Counted from the first letter of the stretch, positions 19,545 through 30,134 are shown. The stretch is DNA of 51,082 nt from Nanobdellota archaeon (GCA_038046345.1 JBBSWJ010000019.1:1-51082), one strand, 5' to 3'. Translations and numbers: made by a program. The notes: generated by a model not told the origin, from the sequence alone.

Positions 19545-20443
19545 TAAGCGTAGTAATAGCATTAGCACCGGGAAGAAAAGCCGAGGTTATAGAGTCCTTA
19601 AAGAACTTAAATCATTCTGGAAAGTATGAAATCATTATAAAAGAAGGACTAAACCCTTCAGAAAATAGAAATAATGGAGTAAGAGAAGCTAAAGGAGAAA
19701 TTATTGCGTTTTTAGACGATGATGCGTATGTGCATAAAGATCTTTTTAATAACGCTAAAAATTTTTTCAAGGAAAATGAAAGAATATCAATCGTTGGCGG
19801 TCCGCAGTTGACTCCCCGCTCTGATGGGGTGTTTGCTAAACTAACTGGAATAGCAATGGCAAGTTATTTTGGTTCTCAAAAGATGAGCAAAAGATACAAA
19901 AGGAGCAGATTTGATCTGAACTCTGATGAATTTGCCTTGACCAGCGCAAACTGCTTTGTAAGAAAAGACGACTTTAAAAAAATAGGCGGATTCAACACTA
20001 ATCTATTCCCAGGAGAAGACCCAGAATTTTTTGCAAGAGCCAAAAATAAGGGATACTTAATAGCTTATAACCCTGACTTAATAGTATACCATAAAAGAAG
20101 GGCAACGTATAAAGAATTTTTTAAACAATTCTATAAGTATGGCAACACAAGACTGAAGAAAGAGCAGTATGTTAAATCTAAAAATGGGTTTTTATTTTTT
20201 TTACCAGCATTGTTCACGGTTTATTTTATCCCGCTATTATTATTAGGGATAATACTTCATAAGATATTTTTAATGCCCTTAGTGATTTATGGCATGTTTG
20301 CATTAATAGCTAGTGTGTACGAGTCAGTTAGAAATAATTATTTATATGGTGTGATTTTAATTCCATTCCTTTACATGAGTATGCATATAGCGTATGGATG
20401 CGGAATACTTGTAAGTTTAATAAAAAATAGCAAGACAGTATAG
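19541..20443 (+). CDS. GT2 glycosyltransferase with C-terminal TM helices
   Basis: RNNGV, AFLDDDA, GGFNTNLFPGEDPEF and hydrophobic C-terminus. Confidence 0.88.
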   Translation: MISVVIALAPGRKAEVIESLKNLNHSGKYEIIIKEGLNPSENRNNGVREAKGEIIAFLDDDAYVHKDLFNNAKNFFKENERISIVGGPQLTPRSDGVFAKLTGIAMASYFGSQKMSKRYKRSRFDLNSDEFALTSANCFVRKDDFKKIGGFNTNLFPGEDPEFFARAKNKGYLIAYNPDLIVYHKRRATYKEFFKQFYKYGNTRLKKEQYVKSKNGFLFFLPALFTVYFIPLLLLGIILHKIFLMPLVIYGMFALIASVYESVRNNYLYGVILIPFLYMSMHIAYGCGILVSLIKNSKTV

Positions 20444-20447
20444 AGTA

Positions 20448-20603
20448 TTATGCTGTTCTAACTCCAGTTAGCTTGTTTACAGCGTCTATGTCTTCTACAA
20501 GTGTTCTTTGTTCGTATCCGCAATAATTACAAAAGATACAGTCACGTTCTTTGTACTTTATTAATTCAATATCTTCAGATTTACAACGTGGGCATTTTAC
20601 CAT
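20448..20603 (-). CDS. Small zinc-ribbon protein (51 aa), not in the ORF track
   Basis: MVKCPRCKSEDIELIKYKERDCIFCNYCGYEQRTLVEDIDAVNKLTGVRTA, with CPRC and CNYC knuckles. Confidence 0.7.
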   Translation of the reverse strand: MVKCPRCKSEDIELIKYKERDCIFCNYCGYEQRTLVEDIDAVNKLTGVRTA

Positions 20604-20652
20604 TTTGTTTTAATTACTTCTCTTTTTAAAAAGATTTCTTGTGTTTGAATAT

Positions 20653-21741
20653 CTATTCTTGGTATAGCAATGGTTCATTTGGTTTGATCTCTTTTTTATT
20701 GTTCGTTGTTAAAAATGGTAATCCATTAGCTATGAGATTAGGAATTGTATCACAGGGGGTTAAGCAGTGGCAAGCACTATCCTTGATGCTATTACGAGCA
20801 TTAACTGCAGGACTACTTCCCCACAATTCATCAAAAGAATCTTCATTAATATTACCCATCTTCCAATCAACAAGCAAACACGGCATTACATCGCCGTTAG
20901 GGATTATATAAAAAGAATTAGCTCCTGCGCGACATTGCATGTAACAAGCAGGTTTTCTTGAATACTTATCAAGGTAATTATAATAAGCCCGATAGACTAA
21001 ACGTTCGTGTACTGGTCTGTCCTTTAAACTCTTTCTGACGTCTGGGACAAATTTCATCATAGTATCATAATCAGAATCTTCGAGGTGCAAATTTTCATAA
21101 CCTTCTTCAGCACTAAACTTTTTGACTTTTAGTATTGGTTTAAACAAAAATCCAACCTCTTTTTCTTGAGCTAATTTATTAACTTCCCCAATATCATTTA
21201 CGTTATTTCTAGTAACTGTAAAACCAAAATTAATCTTTAACCTATTAGGGTATTTTTTTTGTAAATCTTTGAGCATGTCGCACGTACTCATAACCATCTT
21301 AAATGCATTTGGAAGACCACGAGTTTCGTTATGTTTTTCTTCCATGCCATCTAATGATAGTTTAATTCCAAGAATTATATCGGGGTATTTATCGAGAAAA
21401 GATATGGTTAAGGACTCAACTTTTTTAGTAGCGAAACCATTAGTGACAATGCGAATATCAGGATTTTTAGCGTATGTAGCAATGGCATCAACAATGTCAG
21501 GCAGGATATCAACAATAAACGGTTCACCACCGGCAAGATTGAATAGTTTAATCTCTTGTAAGATTTTACTTGTCTCAATTTGTTTACGAAACACATTAGG
21601 ATCTAATTGCTTAATCGGATTACGCTTCCAGATATCACAAATAACACAGCGTGATTGGCATAAATCTGTCATATTAATTGTGACACTAAGTGGATAAGCT
21701 CTACCCATTCTAAGTCCTATCATACTCTTTACAAGCCCCAT
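20653..21741 (-). CDS. Radical SAM protein with SPASM/twitch domain
   Basis: CQSRCVIC, AGGEPF, CRAG...NGDVMPC and CHCLTPC. Confidence 0.9.
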   Translation of the reverse strand: MGLVKSMIGLRMGRAYPLSVTINMTDLCQSRCVICDIWKRNPIKQLDPNVFRKQIETSKILQEIKLFNLAGGEPFIVDILPDIVDAIATYAKNPDIRIVTNGFATKKVESLTISFLDKYPDIILGIKLSLDGMEEKHNETRGLPNAFKMVMSTCDMLKDLQKKYPNRLKINFGFTVTRNNVNDIGEVNKLAQEKEVGFLFKPILKVKKFSAEEGYENLHLEDSDYDTMMKFVPDVRKSLKDRPVHERLVYRAYYNYLDKYSRKPACYMQCRAGANSFYIIPNGDVMPCLLVDWKMGNINEDSFDELWGSSPAVNARNSIKDSACHCLTPCDTIPNLIANGLPFLTTNNKKEIKPNEPLLYQE

Positions 21742-21753
21742 TTTAAACTCCTA

Positions 21754-22707
21754 CTAACCGTAAACTGCATTAATCTTTTCCCAGTTCCTGCAAGATTCGC
21801 AAATCTGAGTCTCATTCCACATACGGTTCCAAATATCTCCAACTGGTTCCTTTAATGCATTACCAAAAGCATTCTGAACTTTAACGCCGGACATTACATC
21901 ACCATAAGCACTTAAATAAATTTTTTCTCTGCCAACCGGGCATAGTTTTGTTCCATTAAAATTGTACATTGAGTGATGGCGTACCTTATTGTGTTTGCGA
22001 AGATGCATGATGCGATCATAATCTTCTCTGGATAAAGAAACATTATCTTGTGACTTCCAGCCTCCAACAGTCTCAACATAATTCATAAGAATGTCGACGT
22101 TTAGAGATTCAGCAATTTTCATAATCCCCTCAAAAGTATTAATTCCATTGTGGAAAACAACTGAAGAAAAACAACAAGGAATGTTTAGCTGCTTACAAAT
22201 CTTAGCAGTCTGAACTGCCTTTTCATGAAGACCAGGGATACCACGCCAAACATCATGTTGTTTTGCTTTAGGGCTGTCAAGACTTATCTGCAAATAACCA
22301 AGGCCGGCATCTTTTAATTCAGAAAGTTTTTCACGTGTGGAAAGACTTGCATTAGTTACGCATGAAACAATAGTCCCTTTTGGTTTCATTGCTTGAATAA
22401 TCTCCGGTAGATCATCACGAAGCATCGGCTCTCCACCAGTAAGATTAACATGAATTGCACCAAGGTTATAGCATTGGTTCCATATTTTCTTAAAGTCTGG
22501 AACTGTAAGCTCTTCACGATTTTTGTTGTATAAGTCTAAAGAATAGCAAAAACCGCAAGTAGCATTGCAACGGTAAGTAACAGCAAACTCAACACTCCTC
22601 AATCTTTTCTGAGCTAATAACAAAGTTCTAATGAAACCTTCTCCAGCTCTATATACAAGCAGTGGTCGTTCTTTCATGTAGCCTATGTGGCGTAAAGCTT
22701 TTTCCAT
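21754..22707 (-). CDS. Radical SAM protein with degenerate SPASM/twitch domain
   Basis: CNATCGFC, TGGEPML, QISLDS and CPVG...GDVMSG (second Cys absent). Start re-called to 22707 with GGAGA SD. Confidence 0.88.
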   Translation of the reverse strand: MEKALRHIGYMKERPLLVYRAGEGFIRTLLLAQKRLRSVEFAVTYRCNATCGFCYSLDLYNKNREELTVPDFKKIWNQCYNLGAIHVNLTGGEPMLRDDLPEIIQAMKPKGTIVSCVTNASLSTREKLSELKDAGLGYLQISLDSPKAKQHDVWRGIPGLHEKAVQTAKICKQLNIPCCFSSVVFHNGINTFEGIMKIAESLNVDILMNYVETVGGWKSQDNVSLSREDYDRIMHLRKHNKVRHHSMYNFNGTKLCPVGREKIYLSAYGDVMSGVKVQNAFGNALKEPVGDIWNRMWNETQICESCRNWEKINAVYG

Positions 22708-22803
22708 TTTATTCTCCTTTTTGTTATGATGGGTATGAGATGGTTTAAATAATTTTTGATTAAAACTAGCAAAGCTTATAAATAAAACGGTTGGCATGAT
22801 GAC

Positions 22804-24273
22804 ATGGGTTTAACAAAACTTGTTGAAAATCTAAATAAAAGGAATTTATCTTCAGAAGTGTTGGGTGATTTATCAAATGAGATTAGACAACATGTTAGCG
22901 GTGGTGATGTTGATGTTAGAGTTGTTAATGGTCCTAGAGATGGAGATAGTTTTGTATACTGGTTAATTGTTGAAACAAATCTGAGTAGTACACTTAAATC
23001 AAGTCAAGATATACTTAACGGAGTTTTAAATGCAACAAAGTCTGCAGTTCCCAAAGGAGTTGATGGAGAGCTATATTGCGGTGTGACTTGGGAGCAAGAT
23101 GCATTTCAGAAAGAGAGCATATTTCCTGGTAGTATAACCGCTAGTTTTTCCGGAGTATCAGTAGATCCAACAAAAGAAGTTATAAACCCTGCAGCGTATA
23201 ATATGGGAGTAATACTTTTAGGCAATTTATTATGGTTAGGCACAAATGGTGCTTATAACAGAGTATTAGCGCCTGTTGCAAAATATTTGAAGCCTGATGG
23301 TGTGTTGTTTGAATTTTCTGAAGGAGACGCTATGTTAATCAAAGATCATACTAAAACTACTGGTTCCAAACTGCATATTGCGGGGAGGTTTGAGCCTAAG
23401 CAATCTTTTCAGAAGGTTATAGAAGATGGTGATAATATGGCATATCGAAGAACTAGCAGGATAGCGGCATGGAGCAGTACTAGAGAGATTACACGTTTTG
23501 AAAAAATTTTAGGGCATTCTATGTTTAATTATCTAAGTGAAGAAGATACAAGACCAACACAAATGGACAAGAAATATGGACTGATTGATTTATTAAGAAA
23601 GAAGAGGTTTAGAGATTTACAATATTTAATGAGGGCTATTCCAGACTTAGATATTGGTATAGTTTATGATAAGCCAGTATTAAATAGTGATCAAGCTAAA
23701 GCATTGATTCTTGGAGAATTGAATGGACTTGTTGGTTTATTTGATAATACTGGAAATCATCAAGTATTAATGGCGAAAGTTAGAGAATTTGCAGTTAAAC
23801 AGTTAGGTAAAGATGCAATTAATGGGTATGATGCAAGTTGTTTAGCTAGTATAGACCCTGTTTACTATTTGAAAAGTTTATGTGGTTATGAAGTAGTAGA
23901 TTTTAGTCTACCAAAAGATGCTAGTAATAGCAGACATTTATTAGAATGCGCTATACAAAATTTTAGAAAAAATCCAAAAAAAGATAGCATTGAAGCGGTT
24001 ATCAACGGTTACGTGAATCCAAGACCTACCATTCAGATCAGTGGCTGTGTTAACAGCAATTTTTCGAAGATTAAAAGATTGGTATTACCCCGCATGGCTA
24101 GTTTAGAAGCCCTGGGTATGCAAAGTCAAAGAAATTCATTGGAACTATCAACTGAAGGATATCCTAATGGCAGAATGGTAATGCATGTTAGGTCTGTTAC
24201 ACATTTAGGCTCACCTAAGTTATTGGATTTACAAGAATACGCATGTGATGCAGTTGGATTAAGTTTTACATAG
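22804..24273 (+). CDS. Hypothetical protein (489 aa ORFan)
   Basis: Long open frame with no recognisable motif, signal peptide or TM helix. Confidence 0.7.
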   Translation: MGLTKLVENLNKRNLSSEVLGDLSNEIRQHVSGGDVDVRVVNGPRDGDSFVYWLIVETNLSSTLKSSQDILNGVLNATKSAVPKGVDGELYCGVTWEQDAFQKESIFPGSITASFSGVSVDPTKEVINPAAYNMGVILLGNLLWLGTNGAYNRVLAPVAKYLKPDGVLFEFSEGDAMLIKDHTKTTGSKLHIAGRFEPKQSFQKVIEDGDNMAYRRTSRIAAWSSTREITRFEKILGHSMFNYLSEEDTRPTQMDKKYGLIDLLRKKRFRDLQYLMRAIPDLDIGIVYDKPVLNSDQAKALILGELNGLVGLFDNTGNHQVLMAKVREFAVKQLGKDAINGYDASCLASIDPVYYLKSLCGYEVVDFSLPKDASNSRHLLECAIQNFRKNPKKDSIEAVINGYVNPRPTIQISGCVNSNFSKIKRLVLPRMASLEALGMQSQRNSLELSTEGYPNGRMVMHVRSVTHLGSPKLLDLQEYACDAVGLSFT

Positions 24274-24345
24274 CATATACCTGTTAACTGTTAAGCGAAG
24301 AACTTTTAAATAAGAGTGGATATACGATTACTGAGGAGATAAACT

Positions 24346-25773
24346 ATGGTTAATAAAAAAAAGGTACTTCTAGTTGAACCGTCAGATAGAGAATTTTATA
24401 AAGATGCTAAAGTAAAGGATGTTGTACCAAATAGTGTTTCATTAACTTTAGCAACAATAGGATCAACATTATTGGAAGCAGGGCATGAAGTAAAAATACT
24501 TGATTTAAATCATGCATTGAGCCCAGCAAAAACATTTGTAGATACTATAACCTCTTTCAAACCAGATATATTAGGAATAAGTTTTACGACTCCATTGTTT
24601 TATATGGCATTAGAAATGGTAAAGATGGCAAAAGAAAAAAATCCAAACCTAGTTGCAATAGGGGGCGGAGCTCATGCATCAGGATATCCAGAAAGAACAT
24701 TGGAAGAATCACCATTTGATATTGTGTGTGTAGGCGAAGGGGATTTTACAATACAAGAAATAGCAAATGATATGCCATTGGATAATATTAATGGTATTGC
24801 TTATAGGAATGCTGAAGGAAAAATAATAAAGACCGGTCCAAAACCATTTATAGATGATCTTGATACATTACCAATGCCAGCATGGCACTTATTTGATGTG
24901 GAAAAATATGTTATTCCTAAGTTTACTGCAAGACATAGCCCTGTAGGCTGGATGGAAACTAGCAGGGGATGCCCATGGGGTTGTACTTATTGCACAAAAT
25001 CAGTGCACGGAAAAAACTTTAGGGTTAAAAGCGTAAAAAGAGTAGTTGATGAAATAGAACACATGCAAAGACATGGATTTAAAGAATTTCAAATTGCAGA
25101 TGATTCGTTTACAACATTAATGGAAAGGTCAGAAGAAATATGCGATGAAATAATCAGAAGAGATATAAAAATGCCATGGGTAGCTCTCACTGGAATAAGA
25201 GTTGATAGAGTAAGACCAGAATTACTAAAAAAAATGAGAAAAGCAGGATGCTACAGAATGTTTTTTGGAATTGAAAGTGGTAATCAAGAAGTATTAAAAA
25301 GAATTAAGAAAAATATTACTCTAGACCAAGTAAGGGAAGCAGTAAAGATGACCAAAGATGCAGGGATAGAACCATGGGGCAGTTTTATGGTTGGCTTACC
25401 AGAAGAAACAGAACAAACCATGGAAGATACAATACAGTTTGCAAAATCACTTGAACTTGATAGAGTTAAATGTACAATAACAATTCCATTACCAGCAACA
25501 CCATTGCATAAAGAATATATGTCGAGGGGATTAATACCGGAAGAAAACTGGACAGAGTATAATCTTTACAAACCAGCAAGAGAATTATACACCCATCCAA
25601 CTCTTGATTGGGACACAATAGAGAGATATCATAATAGATTTTACAAAGAGTTTTATTTCAGACCTAAATACATAGCTTATAGGTTCTTTAAGGATGTAAA
25701 GGATGGAATGTTATGGACCCATCTAAAAGTACTTGCAAAAATAAGATGGAATAGTTCTACTGCTGGACATTAA
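24346..25773 (+). CDS. B12-binding-domain radical SAM protein
   Basis: N-terminal cobalamin-binding domain (PDILGIS, GGGAHAS, VCVGEGD), TSRGCPWGCTYC and FGIESG. Confidence 0.92.
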   Translation: MVNKKKVLLVEPSDREFYKDAKVKDVVPNSVSLTLATIGSTLLEAGHEVKILDLNHALSPAKTFVDTITSFKPDILGISFTTPLFYMALEMVKMAKEKNPNLVAIGGGAHASGYPERTLEESPFDIVCVGEGDFTIQEIANDMPLDNINGIAYRNAEGKIIKTGPKPFIDDLDTLPMPAWHLFDVEKYVIPKFTARHSPVGWMETSRGCPWGCTYCTKSVHGKNFRVKSVKRVVDEIEHMQRHGFKEFQIADDSFTTLMERSEEICDEIIRRDIKMPWVALTGIRVDRVRPELLKKMRKAGCYRMFFGIESGNQEVLKRIKKNITLDQVREAVKMTKDAGIEPWGSFMVGLPEETEQTMEDTIQFAKSLELDRVKCTITIPLPATPLHKEYMSRGLIPEENWTEYNLYKPARELYTHPTLDWDTIERYHNRFYKEFYFRPKYIAYRFFKDVKDGMLWTHLKVLAKIRWNSSTAGH

Positions 25774-25781
25774 GGGGAAAA

Positions 25782-27173
25782 ATGAAATTTGTACTCATAA
25801 AACCATGGTTGAGGTCGAGATATAAAGAACCTTTCTTAAAGGATTTTGATAGACCAAGGCAGCCATTGGGGCTGGCAACACTTGCAGCAGTGCTAGAAAA
25901 AGAAGGGCATAATGTAACAATACTTGATGCATTCATAGAAAAAATAAAATCAGAGGATATTCCGGACAGAGTGTATGAACCAGACATGTTTGTAGTAGCA
26001 ACAGCAGGATATGATCGATGGCAATGCCCAAACCCAATTTATAAAGATGCAGTTGATACAGCAAATGCTTTAAAGAAAAAATATCCTAATGTAAAAATAT
26101 GTTTTATTGGCCCACATGGAACAATGCGACCTGAAGAAGTATTAGCTCATAAAAGCGTGGATTATTTAATACGCGGAGAGCCAGAGTTAAGCTTTCAAGA
26201 ATTATTGAGAAATCTTAATGATCCAAGTGTTATAGAGAAAGGAGTTTGTTCAAAAAAAGATGGCAAACTTGTAATAAAACCCGTTGGAGAATTTGTACCA
26301 AGCTTGGATGAGCTCCCTATACCTGCTTATCACTTGTTAAAGATGGAGTTATATAATCACCCTTCATTAACTGAAAAAAATTTTACTATAATGGTAATGA
26401 GCAGAAATTGCCCATTTAATTGTACATTCTGCTTTAGGAATATGTACGGTGATGGATACAGAACTAGAAGCCCTGAAAAAGTAATTGAAGAAATAAAACT
26501 GTTAAAAGATAAATTTGATGTAAAAAATATATACTTTCAAGATCTTGAATTTTGTTTAGACAAGGCTCATACGAAAAAAATATGTGATTTAATTGTGCAG
26601 GAAGGATTACAAGATATAAAATGGGGATGCACAACAAGAGTAACAAGCGTAAATGAAGATTTGCTAGTCTCCATGAAACAAGCAGGATGCCAATTTATAG
26701 CATATGGACTAGAAACAGCTGATCCAGAAGTTCTTAAAGCATTAAGAAAAGGAATAACATTGGAAGCTGTAAGAAATACTATAAATCTAACAAGAAAAGT
26801 TGGCATAAAAACAATAGTAACATCAATGGTCGGCTTACCAAAAGATAGCAAGGAAGCACAAGATAGAGCATTTAAAGTAACAAGAGAAATAAATCCAGAT
26901 GTGATAGGAGTAGGAACTGTAAATGTGCCCTATCCTGGAACACCAATATACCAACAGGGTAGGGAGCTGGGGATAATACCGGATGATAAATGGGAAAGTA
27001 TTTATCATGGTGTAGGGATTATAGGAAATGAGTTCAACAAGGAAAGCGTGGCAAAAACCTGGAGGCAATTAAGATTTCAGTTAAGATTGTGGCGGTATAA
27101 AAAAGAATATGGCACACTATTCATGGTTCATCCTAAATTTTTAAAACAGATTGCTAGAAAAGTTTTAAATTAG
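25782..27173 (+). CDS. B12-binding-domain radical SAM protein
   Basis: FIGPHGT, IRGEPE, MSRNCPFNCTFC, YGLET and PYPGTP. Confidence 0.92.
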   Translation: MKFVLIKPWLRSRYKEPFLKDFDRPRQPLGLATLAAVLEKEGHNVTILDAFIEKIKSEDIPDRVYEPDMFVVATAGYDRWQCPNPIYKDAVDTANALKKKYPNVKICFIGPHGTMRPEEVLAHKSVDYLIRGEPELSFQELLRNLNDPSVIEKGVCSKKDGKLVIKPVGEFVPSLDELPIPAYHLLKMELYNHPSLTEKNFTIMVMSRNCPFNCTFCFRNMYGDGYRTRSPEKVIEEIKLLKDKFDVKNIYFQDLEFCLDKAHTKKICDLIVQEGLQDIKWGCTTRVTSVNEDLLVSMKQAGCQFIAYGLETADPEVLKALRKGITLEAVRNTINLTRKVGIKTIVTSMVGLPKDSKEAQDRAFKVTREINPDVIGVGTVNVPYPGTPIYQQGRELGIIPDDKWESIYHGVGIIGNEFNKESVAKTWRQLRFQLRLWRYKKEYGTLFMVHPKFLKQIARKVLN

Positions 27174-27482
27174 GTTTATACCTTCTTTGATAGCTTCTCT
27201 TACAATACCAATTTCTTTCTTTTTTATTTCAAATTCTTCAGGTGTATAACAAATTGGTTCTATATCAATAGGATAATAATCCCAAAACTCATACATATTC
27301 GCGATTCTTTGAGAAAAAAAAATTCCATTGAAGTCTGAGGAAACTAAGATAATATCATAGTCACTGTTCTTAAAATTGTCTCCCCGAGCCCTGCTACCAA
27401 AAAAAATAGCTTTGTCTATATGATATTTCTTTCTAACTTTACGTAGAAAATTTTTTATCTTTCGATCTGCTTTTTTGTCCAT
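27165..27482 (-). CDS. Minimal nucleotidyltransferase (MNT), orphan
   Basis: FFGSRARGD, SDYDIILVS and IEPICYTPEEF. No intact HEPN neighbour. Confidence 0.85.
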   Translation of the reverse strand: MDKKADRKIKNFLRKVRKKYHIDKAIFFGSRARGDNFKNSDYDIILVSSDFNGIFFSQRIANMYEFWDYYPIDIEPICYTPEEFEIKKKEIGIVREAIKEGINLI

Positions 27483-27549
27483 TGTAGGTCGCATGTCTAT
27501 TTTTTATAACCTCAAAAAGCCTTTTAATTCTTTCTATAAAAATAATGTT

Positions 27550-28686
27550 ATGAACATATTATATACTGCTTATTCAGGACTTGGAAAAGGCGGCGCAGAG
27601 GTTAGTATGTATACCTTAGCTAAAAATATCCCAAATGTTAGCATTGCATCTACACAGGAATATCCTGGTGTTAAAACGTTTATTATCCCAAGAAGAAAAC
27701 ATATAGACATAGAAAACCAAAATGTTGTATTTCAAAAAGTGTTTCAAAAGATTATTAAAAATAATAATATAAACCTAATCCATAGCCATGATAGCATAAC
27801 CGCAATTGCAGCAATAAGAGCCGCAGAAAACTGCAGGATTCCTGTGATAACACATTACAGAGATTATTGGTTTTGCTGCCCAATATCAAGTTTGTTAAGA
27901 CCAAATCTAAATCCTTGTGATAAATGTAGCTATACTAATCTGTTGACATGTCAAAGACTAAGATATCCATGGAATGCGTATAAGCTAGCATACCTAAAAA
28001 GTATAAGCGCAGAGTTACAGGCTGCGAATAAAATTGCAATAAGCCAGACCATTAAAAAAAAGTTAGACGAAATTGGGATTACTGAGGCTAGAATAATAGC
28101 TAATCCAGTTGATACAAAAGAATATCAAGAAAAAAAAGAAAAACCAAACATAAAAGAAGGATTTAATGCATTATTTGTAGGTTCTTTAGGTTATCATAAG
28201 GGTATACATTTATTATCAAAACTTATTTCATTAAGAAAAGATGTAACCTTTGTGATAATAGGGGACGGACCATTAAGAAATCTGATAAAAAAAGATAATG
28301 TTATCCATATAAAAAAATTAAATCCAAAGGGGGTTATACCTTATTACCAATACTGTGATGTTTTGCTGATACCAAGCCTGTGGGAAGAACCTTTTGGCAG
28401 AACCGCAGTAGAAGGATTGAGCGCAGGAATACCAATAATAGCCAGTGATCATGGAGGATTAAAAGAAATACTTCAAGAAGAACATGCTCTTTTATTACCG
28501 CCAACAAAAGTTAACAGCTGGAGCGATACAATAACTTTTATAAAGAATAATGGATTAATACAATCTAACAAGAAGCTTGTTAATCCATATGATATTGCTT
28601 ATATAAAAAAAGAGCTTAATGACTATTATGATGAGGTATTAAAAAACTATGGTGAAAAAAGTACTATTGGTTTTACTGGAAACTGA
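27550..28686 (+). CDS. GT4 (GT-B) glycosyltransferase
   Basis: GGAEVS, IHSHD, FVGSLGYHKG and PSLWEEPFGRTAVEGLSAGIPIIASDHGG. Start re-called to 27550. Confidence 0.92.
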   Translation: MNILYTAYSGLGKGGAEVSMYTLAKNIPNVSIASTQEYPGVKTFIIPRRKHIDIENQNVVFQKVFQKIIKNNNINLIHSHDSITAIAAIRAAENCRIPVITHYRDYWFCCPISSLLRPNLNPCDKCSYTNLLTCQRLRYPWNAYKLAYLKSISAELQAANKIAISQTIKKKLDEIGITEARIIANPVDTKEYQEKKEKPNIKEGFNALFVGSLGYHKGIHLLSKLISLRKDVTFVIIGDGPLRNLIKKDNVIHIKKLNPKGVIPYYQYCDVLLIPSLWEEPFGRTAVEGLSAGIPIIASDHGGLKEILQEEHALLLPPTKVNSWSDTITFIKNNGLIQSNKKLVNPYDIAYIKKELNDYYDEVLKNYGEKSTIGFTGN

Positions 28687-30070
28687 AGATACTACAATGT
28701 TTTATCCGCCGTATGGGATAATGTATATTGCAGATGCTTTAATTAAAGCAGGATACGATGTTGAAATCTTTCATGAGTATGTTTCAGAAGAAAGTTTAGA
28801 TGAACTTTATGCTAAGGCTAAAGATTGTTTATTAGTTGGGTTTAGCACAATGACAAGCCCTAAGTTATTAGAAATACAAAAAGCCAGCAAACATGTACAT
28901 GATATGGGAATACCTGTAGCCTGGGGCGGCGTGCATGCTTCATTAATTCCAAAAGAAACACTGGAAGATGAATCAGTAGATTTTGTAATACAAAACGAAG
29001 GAGAATTAGTATTACCTGAACTGTGCAATGCTTTAGCAAATGGTACAAGCTATGAAGAAATAGCAGGATTATGCTATAAAAAAGATGGGAAAATAATAAT
29101 TAATCCAACTGCAGGTTTAATAAAAGACTTAGATGATTACACTCCTAGATGGGATCTAGTGCCTGTAGAAAAATACATACATAATGGGGAGATAGTAATA
29201 ATTGAGTCAAGAGGGTGTCCATCTAGATGTACTTATTGTTATAATGTAGAGTTTAATTTTAGAAAATGGAGATACCATTCCACAGATTACGTAGTAAAGA
29301 TGATAAAGGATTTGCAAGCAAAACATCCAATAAAAAGAGTACAATTCTGGTCGGATAATTTTCCAGTGAACAAGAAAAGAGCATTAGAAATCGTTGAGAA
29401 ATTAGACATGCCATGGGGCGCAGAGATACGGGCAAATTATTTCGATGAAGATTTCATAGAAAAAGTTAAAAAAACAAAAGGTGAAAGTTTGTATATTGGG
29501 GCAGAGTCTGGTTCTGATAAGGTGTTGAAACTATTAAAGAAAGATTGCAGAGTAAGCCATATTGAGAACGCAGTAAGATTAGCAACAAACTCTGGGATTA
29601 AAACAATATGCAGCTTTATGGTTGGAATACCTGGAGAAACAGAGGAAGATAGAAATGAAACATTGGATTTCATGCACAAACTATTAAACAATTATAATGT
29701 AGACATTGATGGCCCAAAGTTTTTAAATCCGTATCCTGGAACAGAGTTATATCATGTAAGCAAGCAACAGGGGTGGATCCCACCAAAGGATGTGGCTGGT
29801 TGGAGTGATTATTCAAGATCAAACTATAATCTGCCTTTCATGAATAAAAAAGACGTTAAAAAATATGATATTTATAGGAAATCTTTATCAATGATATCTT
29901 ATGTAAATCGAAACAAAAGAAGCAAAAGTGTTTTAAAAAAAGGAATGGGAATGATTTTACATCCTTTAAAAATAATTGAAGACTACAGGATAAGAAACAA
30001 GAATGCTAGTTTTCCACTAGAGGTGCATGCATTTCAGCTGTTATTAAAAGTAAGAAATGAGCTAAGATAG
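28649..30070 (+). CDS. B12-binding-domain radical SAM protein
   Basis: WGGVHAS, IQNEGE, ESRGCPSRCTYC, IGAESG and PYPGTE. Confidence 0.92.
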   Translation: MVKKVLLVLLETEDTTMFYPPYGIMYIADALIKAGYDVEIFHEYVSEESLDELYAKAKDCLLVGFSTMTSPKLLEIQKASKHVHDMGIPVAWGGVHASLIPKETLEDESVDFVIQNEGELVLPELCNALANGTSYEEIAGLCYKKDGKIIINPTAGLIKDLDDYTPRWDLVPVEKYIHNGEIVIIESRGCPSRCTYCYNVEFNFRKWRYHSTDYVVKMIKDLQAKHPIKRVQFWSDNFPVNKKRALEIVEKLDMPWGAEIRANYFDEDFIEKVKKTKGESLYIGAESGSDKVLKLLKKDCRVSHIENAVRLATNSGIKTICSFMVGIPGETEEDRNETLDFMHKLLNNYNVDIDGPKFLNPYPGTELYHVSKQQGWIPPKDVAGWSDYSRSNYNLPFMNKKDVKKYDIYRKSLSMISYVNRNKRSKSVLKKGMGMILHPLKIIEDYRIRNKNASFPLEVHAFQLLLKVRNELR

Positions 30071-30134
30071 TGATGTAATGATTATATTAGAGTAATTAAA
30101 TAACTTTTTTAACGCTAATCTCAGCAAAAATTCT

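Noticed and set aside
20448-20603. Firm RiPP (ranthipeptide/sactipeptide) precursor call
   Set aside because: Cys are arranged as two CxxC knuckles typical of Zn ribbons, and no RRE/PqqD domain, peptidase or transporter is adjacent. Kept only as a minor alternative.
20621-20634. Perfect palindrome TCTTTTTAAAAAGA
   Set aside because: Low complexity in an AT-rich genome and overlaps a probable TATA box; no evidence for an operator.
21860-21900. Possible selenocysteine or recoding at the missing SPASM Cys
   Set aside because: The codons read ATG TCC GGC (M-S-G) with no in-frame TGA.
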